Of a stretch of 64,000 nt of DNA, positions 52,942 through 64,000 are shown piece by piece. The DNA comes from Lama glama (taxonomy: Eukaryota), in assembly GCA_028534125.1 (NCBI GenBank), contig CM052841.1, positions 67,580,001-67,644,000 of the forward strand, written 5' to 3'. Positions within the stretch are counted from its first letter, which is position 1. Each line of letters starts with the position of its first letter. The notes under the pieces are model-generated. The model was not told the origin of the DNA and searched no databases. It saw only the letters and a program-made list of their open reading frames with translations. The translations under genes and the position numbers were made by a program.

Positions 52942-54944
52942 GTGAGTACCCGCCGCCGCGCCGCCTCCCCTCCCGGCCGGGCCAGGCCAGGCCCTGCTGC
53001 ACCACGTGCGTGCGGCTTTTAGAATGAAAACCAGAAACTGGCCAGCTCCCAAATCAAGCCTTATTCCCCCCAGAAGTAGACTTGGATTTGCTTCAAAAAG
53101 AAGTTTCTAGCGGTGGGATGGGCTTCGTGCGTCCTTGGCTTGCGGAAGGTCAGAGGGGCACGTTGCTCACGGGTGCCTTCCCCCCACCCCCAGTGCTGGG
53201 GTCTCAGCCACCGGGGTCAAAGCCTTAGCAAGGTGACCCTGCGGTTCTGACCTCAGGCCCACCTGAGCCCCACGGAAGAACTTCCGGGGCAAAAGTGACC
53301 CAAGTGCGTCTTTTAGAAGCTGGTGTTTGCGGAATTCTTAGGGTCGGCTGCCTTCCGTGCTAGCTGGTCCTGAGTTGCAGTGCATTCCTTTAAAGTCTGT
53401 TCAGGAGAAATTGTTGGTTTTCGAGATTCTGATCCGTTGAGATTCTGCGGCACGTCAGTTTAACAGTCGCCTCCGTGGTCCTTCAGCGGCGTCACCTCTG
53501 GTGGGGTCTCGGTGTGTGGGGTGGGTGTGAACCAGTGTGCACGGACGGGGCGTGAGGGTGGCGCGTGGATGGGTGTGCCCGGGAGGCGTGCACTGCTTTC
53601 TCTCACACACGTGTCTGGGACCAAAGCCACTCTGGCCCAGGACAGGTGAGGCGCCGAGGTCTCCACCTGGGAAGGGCAAGGCTTCGGCCACAGTGCCCTC
53701 TGCCTCCGCCTGAACACACCGTCCCCCGTGATGTCCCGAGCCCCAGGCCGAGGGCAGCGCTTCCTCTAGAGGAAGAGTGGCCACGTCCTCCTGGGCACAG
53801 TCCCCTGTCCCTGAGTGTCACTGTCACGGCGGGGCCCGCTGGACCCCCGTGAGCCGGAAGGAGCCGGGGCTCTGCGCTGACGGGGCCAGTTCGGGGACCC
53901 GTTTTATGTTCACGCTCCCCCAACCTGGAATTTGAAATCCTCGGGAACCTGCCGTCCTGGCAGCAAAATCCGTGGGTTTCAAAAGAAAGCCCGAACCTCA
54001 GGACCCCTGCGCCTGACGGGGGCGCAGGCAGAAACTTGGGCGGAAACTCAGGAATCTCGCAGCCTACTTGCGGCTGTTCGTCTTCTTCTGCCAGCGGCCT
54101 CGATGCTGGAGGGCTGTGAGGGCCGCCCACCCCGGAGCCCTGGCAGGTGGTGGGGCAGGGCGGACAGCGGGCTTGGGGCACTGCGTGACCCCCACTGCCC
54201 CTTGTGCTCCCTTGCCCGCGTGCTGCCCAGCAGGGGTCCACGGGGCCTTGGGCTCAGGCCGTGGTGGCTCAGCCTCGTGCAGGCTGAGACCCTCTGCCCG
54301 GTCGCCCGGGCTGCAGGGCAGTGGGACAGGTGGGGGCGGAGGGCAGAAGTCCGGGACGAGGCCTGCGCCTGCCCACACCTCTGGCCCTGCTCCCTGGAGG
54401 CCACCCTGAGCTTTCTGGGCTCGGTGCTGACAGCGGCAGGTGCAGAGCCAGAGCGAGAGGGTCCTGAGCACGGGGAGCAGGCCGGGCATGCTCCTCCTCC
54501 AGCCGGGCCCCTTTTCGGGCTCCCCTGCATGAGGCCAGCTCAGAGGAGGAGCCAGGGGATGGGGACCAGGACCCGGGGCCCACGGAGATGACCCGAGGGA
54601 CGCTGGCCACAGGCTGGACCAGTGGGCACTTGTGTTCTGCTCCGGGTCTCTGCACCTGCAGCGAGCAAACCACGGGCGGTGGCGGCATGTTCCACTCTGC
54701 GGGAGCGGTCGTTCCTTCACCCATTGCTTCCACAGCACTCCCGAGGCCCCGCTGGGAGCTAGGCCGGCCTGTGGGCGCTGCGGCCCTGCCCTCTGCTGAG
54801 CAAACGCCAGGCGGGAGCCCCTCCCTCCCAGGAAGGGCCGGACGCTCGGCTTCCTGCTGCCGCCTCGGGGAAGCTCTCTGGACCGCGGGTCCCCCTAGTG
54901 CTCACGGGGACCCCCCTCCCAGGCCACTCTCCCCAGGGAGAATG

Positions 54945-55150
54945 CCCCACCACACACTCACCAACACTCACACGCACGCCCTCTGTACACACAGCACATG
55001 CAGAGACACACACCACACCCACACTGAACACACACAGATACACACACCCCCCCCGCACCGCACGCCACACTCATCCCAGGTACACACGCACCACACCGCG
55101 CACACATATCGCATATGCACCCACCATACAGAGACACACACACGCATACC
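54945..55150. repeat. CA-rich low-complexity tract (about 200 bp)
   Basis: cacacactcaccaacactcacacgcacgc...cacacagatacacacac in intron 63. Confidence 0.9.
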
Positions 55151-55319
55151 TCACGCCCAGCTGGACCCCAAGAGGGGCCCCTGCCCACTCTGTCCCGTGT
55201 AGAGGACCTGAAGATGGAGCCACGCCCCTCGGGTCAGACAGGATGCCCACCCATCTTCCCTTGGCCCAGCGGGAAGTGTCCGTATTACCCTCAGTGTCCT
55301 CATGGGGGAGAGTGGGAAC

Positions 55320-55430
55320 CACTCACTCAGCCCGCCTTTGTTCACGCCATGAGCATTCCCCGCAGTTGCGGCGTGCCAGGCTCTGTACTGGGTGCTGGAG
55401 ACTCAAAACTGTGGAGACGCAGACTCTGAT
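55320..55430 (-). mobile_element. L2 3' end fragment
   Basis: gtgccaggctctgtactgggtgctggagac, reverse L2 tail-like. Confidence 0.45.
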
Positions 55431-55711
55431 CGTGCACATGAAGCAGATGGCGGCCCCCGGGAGCACCAGGCTCCCCTGTCCCGATCACGGTCTGGGCTCC
55501 GCTGTAGGGCGAGCGGCCCTGCTCTGGGGGAGCCAGGGCGCCTCCGGGAGCCTCCCGGGCCGGCCCGCCGTCTCGGCATCTCCAGGAAGGCAGGACGCAG
55601 GCCCGCTCGGCGGGGAGAAGGCATGTTCGCAGATGGGGGAGCGTGTCTCCAGGAGGCAGAAGTAACCCTGTCGTTCTGTTTCTCTCCCTCCCCGCCCCCC
55701 TCAATGTTTAG

Positions 55712-55910
<199 letters not shown>

Positions 55911-58377
55911 GTAAGTGGCCACGGGGCTGCCTGCTTGCGGCACGGCCTGGCTCGGCTCTGCATGGGACTAACCTCCCTGCCCAGCGCCACTCCCGCTCTC
56001 GCCGCCGGCCAGACTGCTGCCCGGCCGTGACCGCCAGACTCAGGCCGGCACCCCTCCCGCCACCCAGCGAGGGTCCAGGTTAGCGGGGAACAGCCGGGTG
56101 CAGGTGGAGGACATGAGGGTGGCATGCAGGGCACCAGCGCCGCAGCTGGGCGCTGCGGGAGTTGAGACCAAAGATGCCAGGAGTGGAGGGTTGATTTTGC
56201 TAGGTCCCAGGGGACAGCTCCAGTGACGTGGGTCCTGGACCATTAAACCATCCGGTACTTCCTAGGACCCGCCCACCAGCGCCCCGCCCCGGCGGGGCCG
56301 TCCCGTTGCAGTCGGCTCGGGGCTTCTCCGCTGCGTCCACCCCACTGTGCTGGTCCCTGTGTTAGCTTCTGGGGAGCCAGTCTTGAGTCGTCCCAGAGGG
56401 GAAAAGCAACTGGTGTTCCTTGAAGGAACCGAACGTGGTGCTTTTCCCGACGGTACAGAGCCCGAGGCCGGCTTGAGCCCGATCACGGGAGGCTGGTGGC
56501 TGCTTCTGCGGAGCAGAGCGTTTCCCGAACACCTCCAGAGTCGGGTGTGGGCCCTGTCCTGGAATAAAGTGCAGAGTTCTGTGCTCCCTTCCCGGCAAGT
56601 GAAAGGCCTAGGCTCCAGACGCGGCCACGCAGCAGATGTCACGGAGCTCCCTGTTTCCCGTGTGCCCCCCTCGGACTTGTTGTCCCACCTGGAAGGACGT
56701 CCTTGTTCACTTGGAAGCCAGCTCTTGGGTCTCAGGACTTCCGAGCTGGCCCTTTGCCCTGAGCCGGCCTCCCCGCGTGGGGAGCGGACACGTTTCCCTG
56801 CACCCTGGGACCCCGAGCAGGACCTTCCAGCTCACCGGCCTCTGCCTGCCGCACCCCGAGGACCTCTGGTTCTGAGACCCGGGGGCGCTCCGAGCTCATT
56901 GTTAATGCCTCACGCGCTCCGTGCCACCTTCCCAGTCACCCCAGTTCTTCCCAGACACTGAAGGCTCACGCTCGCCTCGCCGCGTCTGGGCACTGCCTCT
57001 TGCCCTGTGTCTGGACCGCAGGCCCCCTCGCCTCCTCTCTCTCCTGCCGTTTCTCCTCCCCTTCACCTCCTTGGCGCTCTCCTCAGAAAGGAGCAGCTGG
57101 CACACAGAAGGACCTCATGTGGATGCCCATTCGGGGGGGGCAGTGACCAGTGCAAATTGAGTCAGTGGACAGAGTGCGAGGGTAGGGGACGCAGGGCTCA
57201 GGAGCAAAGGGGTCCTTTCCACAGCCGTGGAGGTTGCCTTCTCCAGACAGGGCCCCCCACCGCCCGCACCCACCTACCTGGCTCCGAGGGAGCGGTGACA
57301 GGACCGCCACTTTCGGCCACCAGCCCAGAGCCCGCCTCCTCCTTTCGTCCTTTGTTTCGCACAGTTGGCCGAGGACGGAGGTGCAGGGAATTTCCTGGGG
57401 AGATAGCGGCTCACCTTTTGCACTTCCCCACTGCATCATTTCTGGCTCCCCTGACTCTCGGAGTGGACGGGGTGTAGATGCCAGCTCCCTCCCTGGTGAA
57501 ACAGGTGCTTTTCTGAGCTGGCTGCCCTGGGCGTCCCCCATGGAGATGGTCCTGCAGAGCCCCTTCCCCACCGGGAGGCCAGGGCTCACGCCGGGGCTCT
57601 GGGATCCAACACGGAGCAGAGGCTCCACCATGCCAGCCCCCCGGGTACCCGCCCGGCACTGGTGGCTTCAGGTCCTTCTGTGTCCAGTGCACCACCCGTC
57701 CCCCTGCCCCCCGGCCTTTCTCTGCGCATGCGTCCCTCCTCCAGTCAGTCACCGTCCGTCCAAGAGGAACCCTGACGGCCCGGACTGCGGTTGGTATAAC
57801 TCTCTCTCCTCAAAGCCCAGCTGGAAGTCAGTGTCCGGTGGCCGCGCAGGGAGCTGGCCGGCGCTCTGCGCCCTCCCCACCCCGCAGGGAGGGAGGGGGC
57901 TCAGGCCCCGCCCACCGCATGCAGCTCTAGTTACATATGTATCTCTCTAAATAAGTGGACAGCGTCAATTTAAATTCTCCCTGGTGTGTTTAGCATAGCT
58001 GCATTTTGGGGTGGGGGGCAGGGTCCGAGACACAGCGGCCAGCGATCCCATGGGCACTGTCAGGAGGGGACCCGCGCCCCCTCCTCTGCTGGGGAGACAC
58101 AGTGGGCCAGGCTTGCTCTGCTGGGTTTGTGAGGAGGGCCTGGGGGGAGATCAGATGCTCCCCGTCCCCGCTCCCTGGCGTGGCCAGCAGCTCAGAAAGA
58201 CACAGAAACAGATCCACCTCAGCCTAGCGTCCGTCCAGCGGCCGCGCTGAGAAGGCACTTGAGAAGCAGCTTGTCCGCTCCCGGGTGTCCCGTGCGGCTT
58301 TGCGGGCAGAGGCCAGAGGGGGGGCCTTGCAGTGAGGGTCCTGTCACCGGGCGCCCCGGCTGCCCGCTCAGCGTGGG

Positions 58378-58508
58378 CCAGGCTGACCACCCGAGGCCCC
58401 AGGCCCCAGGCTGACCACCCCAGGCCCCAGGCCGACTGCCCCAGGTTGACCACCCCAGGCCCTTGGCCCCAGGCCCCAGGCTGACCACCCCAGGCCCCAG
58501 GCCCCAGG
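58378..58508. repeat. Minisatellite of interleaved 7-bp (AGGCCCC) and 14-bp (AGGCTGACCACCCC) units
   Basis: Units read directly from the sequence. Confidence 0.9.
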
Positions 58509-59329
58509 AAGGCCTGCTCTGCTCCCACCTCGAGTCCTCGCCCAGGAAGGGCAGGGGTGGCCTCTCCCCTGTGCCTCCGGGAGGGTGCCCACTCCCCCCA
58601 GTCCTCTGGCTCTTGGCCATGTGGCCTGTGACCCCCTCACGGGCTGGCCTTCCTCGCTGCAGGCCAAGCACCCCTGCCTCACGCCCAGCTGGCCTGTTGC
58701 TCCCTGAGGCCTCCTGCCCTTTCTGTCTCCAGTTCTCACGGCCCTAGCCAGGTCCTTGTGCATCACGGATGCTCAGCCAATGGCTTTCATTTACTAGTGT
58801 GACCTAAGGAGCTCCTTGCTTCGGCCGGCCTTGGGGCCCAGCGACAGGGATGTACTGCCAGGCCCTTCCCCCAGGCGCCCGGTCCAGGCTCACCAGGGGC
58901 CTCCAAGTCAGGAGGCCAGCGCCGCTGTGAAGGGCCTTAGCTGGTAGGAAAGGTGGACCCTGAGCCAGGCCAAGGTTGAGGAGGGCACCTAACCCTGGCA
59001 GGCTTCCTGGAGTAGGAAGCACATGAGCTGAGCCCTGGAGGGTGAGTGGAGACCAGCCAGGCAGAGAGGAGTGGGAGGGTTATTTAGGTCCCTGAAAGAA
59101 ATGAGGCGTGGTTCACTCTGTCCCAGGGAACTCCCGAGAGAGCCAGCGCGGGCTGGCCTGGGGGCCTGGGCTTGCCACACATTTGCAGGCATTGCCCTTG
59201 GCAAGGCTGACCGTCCAGGGGCCACAGTGCATGACCAAAGTGCACGGAGCCCGGGCAGTGAGGACGAGGGGCCTTGCCGCTGCGGCAGGTGCGTCCCGTC
59301 ACTGCTGAGTGCCCCTCCCTGTGCCCTGA

Positions 59330-59704
<375 letters not shown>

Positions 59705-62700
59705 TGATGGCAAAGCCCCGCGGCGGGGCGGTTCCGCGAAGCGGGCTCGGTCAGGCGGGGCAGCGGGAGGGTGGGGCCGCGGCGTCGCCGCTGAGCAGGA
59801 CTCGGCTGGACCAGGTTCACGCTCGCCTTCTCCGTGGATGGCCCCTGGGGCCAGGCTGGACTTCGCAGCCCTTTTCCCCCTAAGGATCTAGTTACAGCCC
59901 CTCAAGGCGTCCTTGGGGTTAGAGGTGCGTGTGCACGAGACAAGCATGAGGCCAGGGCACCCAGCAGAACGGCTTTCTTGAAAGCTCAGCCTCCCTCCCT
60001 GCTCCCCGGCCCCGGGCCTGGAGTGGGTCAGTCCTTCGGACGTGGTGGTGCCACGTGCAGACCTTGTCCCTGCGCACGGTCAGAACGATGCACTTCCTGG
60101 GGAAAGGGGTCCAGGGGCACCCGGAGCTCCAGCCGTCCAGCGTCTGTTCACGCTCCTGACGCGAACCCCGGGCTGCTTCCAGAAGGTCGCAGGGCACCAC
60201 ATGAAACTGTCCCTCCGTGCCTGCCTCCTGCAAAGGAACATGATCATAGCGCCTGCTTCCAGGGCTGTTCCGGGAGGAGCGTGCCTAAAAGGAGCTCACA
60301 GCCGTCCTTGCTGCCACGAGCCCTAGAAGAGCCCCCGTTCCTGTGACTGTGTTTAGAGACGGGCTCACTAGCAGAGGCAGTCAAAGTGGAGGCTGAAGAG
60401 AAATGGCGCCTCTCGTGGAGGAGAGGCTGGCCCTGGGGGACGGAGCCTGAACTGGGGCTTTGAGCTTCCTGGTGTCCACGGCAGAAAGGGAAACACTCTG
60501 GTTGGCCCAGGACACAGCATCTGGTAAAGGGGCAGGTTGGTTTTCCAGAAGAGGGGACCCTTCCCTGGAAGAGAAGGCTGGAAAAATGCATCTTATGAAG
60601 GACCCTCTGGGGTGAGAGGGCAGGCCGCCCCGGCTTCCTAATCCAGCTCAGAAAGCCTCCTCTAGTCTTTTTCAGTTGAAGTCTAGTCAGTTTGCCATAT
60701 TGTGTCAATCCTAGCGCACAGCACGATGGGCTCCCCACTCCTTAGAGCTTCCTGGGAAGATCTGGGGGCCCCCATTCCTCTCTCTTGGAGTCCCTTGCCC
60801 AGAAATTTCCAGCAATGCTGTCTGACTCAGAACCTGACCTCCTGGTTCTGCGAAGTTCCCAACAAGGTCCAGCTTGGACCAAAGTCCTCTCCCTCTGGCC
60901 CAGCGTCTCCTGGTGACGTGGGGATACTGACAGTATCAGGGGCCACGGCCCACTGGTTGGGCCTTTCAGGACGTCACCAGCCTCCATGCACCAAACGCCA
61001 CTAAGAGCCCTGCCCACTCCTGGGTGAGAACCACTGATCAGGGTCTTCGCTTTATTTTGTGGATGCAGTGACCTGCCAGGGTCGTCAGGCTGTGGCAGAG
61101 CTGAGTCTCTCCTAACCTCGCTGCAGCATTCTTCCCACCATAGTCCCTTCCTGGCACAGCTGCACCTTGACTGCCTCCCTCTACGGGGAGCTCACTACCT
61201 CCACTGGCCACCCAGGCCCTGGTTGTGAATTCTCGGTGTTAGGAAGCTCTCCTGAGAACTGAGCCAGATTCTGCCTGTCCATCATTTCCACCGGTACGTC
61301 CCTATTCTGCTCCCTGAAGTCACACAGAGGAAGCCTGGTTCCAGACGGCAGTTTCTCAGCCTTGCAGGCCAGGTGACCCCTGTGTGTGTGGCAGGGGTAT
61401 GAGGGATCCCCTGCGCTATAGGACGCTGAGCAGAATTCCTGGACTTGGCCTGCTGGATCTTCCACCTGCTCAGTTGTGACAACCAGAAGTTCCTCCAGAC
61501 ATTGCCACACGCAGCCCCAGGGGCCAGGTTGCCCCTGACGGGGAGCGGCCATTCTGCAGGAAGGACAGTCAAAGATTTGGGGGAAGCTCCGAGGGCCGGA
61601 AGTGCCTGGCTCCTTCATCTCCACTGCTTTATCTGGAGAAGCCAGCCCTGCTGCCCAGGGGCCCCCAGGGCTGAGGTGCACATGAGACCCTGGCCACAAG
61701 CTTCTTATAGAAAACTGACAAGGCAGATCCAGTTAGCTGCCCCAGCGCGGGGTCCTGGTGGTCCTTTCTGAGCTCTGTGCTGGTCCTCTGGGCATCTCCG
61801 ATGCAGGACAAGGCCAGTCATCATGGAACATCCAGACTTGGCCCTCGGCCCAGGGGAGGACCGCTCCCTCCTCAGAACACTTTCACTTCTGGAGAGAAAA
61901 GAGTCTGTCTTGGAGAAGGTGGAGCAGTAGTGACTCCAAAGCCCGCTGATGGCGGGAACGGGGCCAGCGGGGGGTGCGGGGAGGGGGGCTCGGCCAGGCA
62001 GCACGGAGGCGGCCTCGGGGCGCTTCCGGGGAACAGCCTGGAGTGGCCAGTGTTCTGCTCGCCCCAACCCCACCCCCAAAAGTTCAGCCACAGCTGGAAA
62101 AGCCCTGCCGCTCCCAGGCGATCGTGCAGGAGGCCGGCGCCCTCTCCGCATGCTGGTGGCAGGGAGGCCCGCCTGCCCGGAGGCCGGCCTGATTCACGCT
62201 AACAAGCGCCAAGGGTTGGGATTAGGACGCCGCCGGGGTGGGGGTGGGGGCTGTGTCGCGTGATGGACGGGCTGCCGCGGGGACAGGCCCTGTGGGGAGG
62301 CACAGATCACCGGTCAGGAGGCCGGAGGAGCCACACCACAGAAACCCCCGGGGGGCCGTTGCGGCCTGTGGTGGTTACTCATGCCCCAGGAATAAGGGGG
62401 GCCTGGGGCAGCTGCGCGCTGGCCGCCTGCTCACACACGGGCCCTGTAAGCGCTCGGGTGACTGGGCCCCCATCAATCGCAGAGAAACCACCCCACCAGC
62501 TCGGTGAGTGTGGGTGGCCCTCCGAGCAGCTTCGACTTGCACCCGCGCTCCCTGACGCTGGGAGACAGGCCGGCAGGGGAGGGGTCGCCGCTCCTGGGGC
62601 CGACGCTCCCAGTCAGAAGCTGAGGCTCATGTCGCTCCCAGGTTGCGCTGCCCGTGAACTCGGATGCTCCAGGGGCTAAGCGGGCTGGGCAGTGTGGGGT

Positions 62701-63146
62701 GCCGACTTCTTCCAGCAGGCGCTCCTCCCCCGAGCCCCCCGTTCCCCGGCCTCAGTCCGCCCTGCGCCCCTCTGTGGTGGGTGAGCCTGTGAACTTGGAG
62801 TCTTCTCTTCCAAGTGCGGCCCAGCCTGCGGGCGCCCCGGGAGGGCCAGCCATTGTTCCCGCTGTCTTGGAGTTCTTCCCTTTTGGACCCGGAACCCCTG
62901 GTTCCGGGGGCAGATCCCTGTGGAGCAGTGGGGGGGGGGCCCAGCTGGCGGGGGCGCGTTGCCTAGCCTGCCCACACCCCTCCCGGACTGCGGGGGCTCA
63001 GACGGTGTGTCTTGGGGCGAGCTGCCTGCTCCCCGTGCCATCAAGGACAGGGCGAGCCCACCGCCCCGTGGCCCCCCGTGCCGGGGTGGGCTCTCGGGGC
63101 CAGGGTGGGTGTGACGGGCGGTCCGTTAACCCTGAGCCCCAGCTGA

Positions 63147-63317
<171 letters not shown>

Positions 63318-64000
63318 GAGCGGGAGCCCGCCCCCAGAGCAACCTCGTGACCTCAGTGCGCCGCCTGTGGGTGTCCTGGACAGTGAAGGCCCCTCGTCCC
63401 CCCCACCCCCGACCTCGTCTGCGCCCGGCCTCGCGCCGGGCCCGCCCCTCGCCCAGAGAGAGCAAAGGGAAAGAGCCGCGTCCCCACCCGGAGCCGAATC
63501 ACATGACCTAGACGTCCCACAGCCGCCGCCGCTTCCTCCGGCCCTTCCCTCTGCGCTGCGCTCCCCGGGGAAGGGGACGGCCATGCGTCCTGCCCCGGCC
63601 CGGGATCTCTTCCCGGAGAGCCCACGGGGTGCGGGAGGGGCTGCAGTGTTTGGAGATCACGGCGTTTTTTTTTTTTAATTCAACTTGAAGATGTGCGTTT
63701 CCCCCGACCTTCAAAAGTCGTCCGAGGCCTGCCTTGCAAAGGTTACCCCGCCCTCCAGAGCCTCCGTCTTAACAAGATCCATTCACGGGCCAAATGTCAT
63801 TCCGCACGTGCCTTTCCGATGGATTAAAGGTGCTTTTGTTTTTGTGAGTTTTAAGTAAATATTTGTATTGTATTGTCCTAACGTTCAGTGTCCCTGACTT
63901 TCAATCACGCACGGGAACCCAGCTGCAGTCCCACTGGGAGAATTGGACAAGCAGGCGGGGCGTCCACTCTGGGATGCAGTGCACAGCCCGTCTGCTCGGG
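63318..64000 (+). other. COL5A1: COL5A1 3' UTR (proximal part)
   Basis: Follows the stop codon in the terminal exon. U-rich blocks at about 63665-63700 and 63820-63900. Confidence 0.85.
63823..63859 (+). terminator. Candidate proximal polyadenylation signals ATTAAA (63823-63828) and AGTAAA (63854-63859)
   Basis: Hexamers seen directly, followed by U/GU-rich sequence (ttttgtttttgtg; tttgtattgtattgt). Usage is not demonstrable from sequence alone. Confidence 0.5.

Noticed and set aside
58378-58508. CRISPR-like repeat/spacer reading of the minisatellite
   Set aside because: Eukaryotic intron with 7-14 bp units, no unique spacers and no cas genes.

Overview
This is GC- and CpG-rich eutherian genomic DNA holding most of a single gene, COL5A1 (collagen alpha-1(V)), on the + strand. 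I located the last 11 nt of exon 4, exons 5-14 (end of the TSPN domain, acidic variable region, minor helix, start of the main helix), and exons 39-66 (C-terminal part of the Gly-X-Y helix, furin site and C-propeptide). Exons 39-66 include the two mutually exclusive 69-nt exon 64 variants, the stop codon at 63315-63317 and about 680 nt of 3' UTR. Exon numbers follow the human gene as I recall it. All exons have AG/GT boundaries, and I saw no frameshift, stop or Gly substitution. There are three N gaps; the 500-N gap at 32914-33413 stands in for all of exons 15-38. Introns contain old MIR/L2/L1 fragments, one MER34-like solo LTR and simple or tandem repeats. Almost all long ORFs in the six-frame track are GC-content or gap artefacts. 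I see no new multi-gene system. The best leads are splicing-level: a candidate 9-nt (or 43-nt) cryptic exon in intron 4, a duplicated donor behind exon 13, the 61-nt spacer and RBFOX/QKI/MBNL motif cluster at the exon 64 switch, and complementary TG/CA tracts bracketing exons 62-63.
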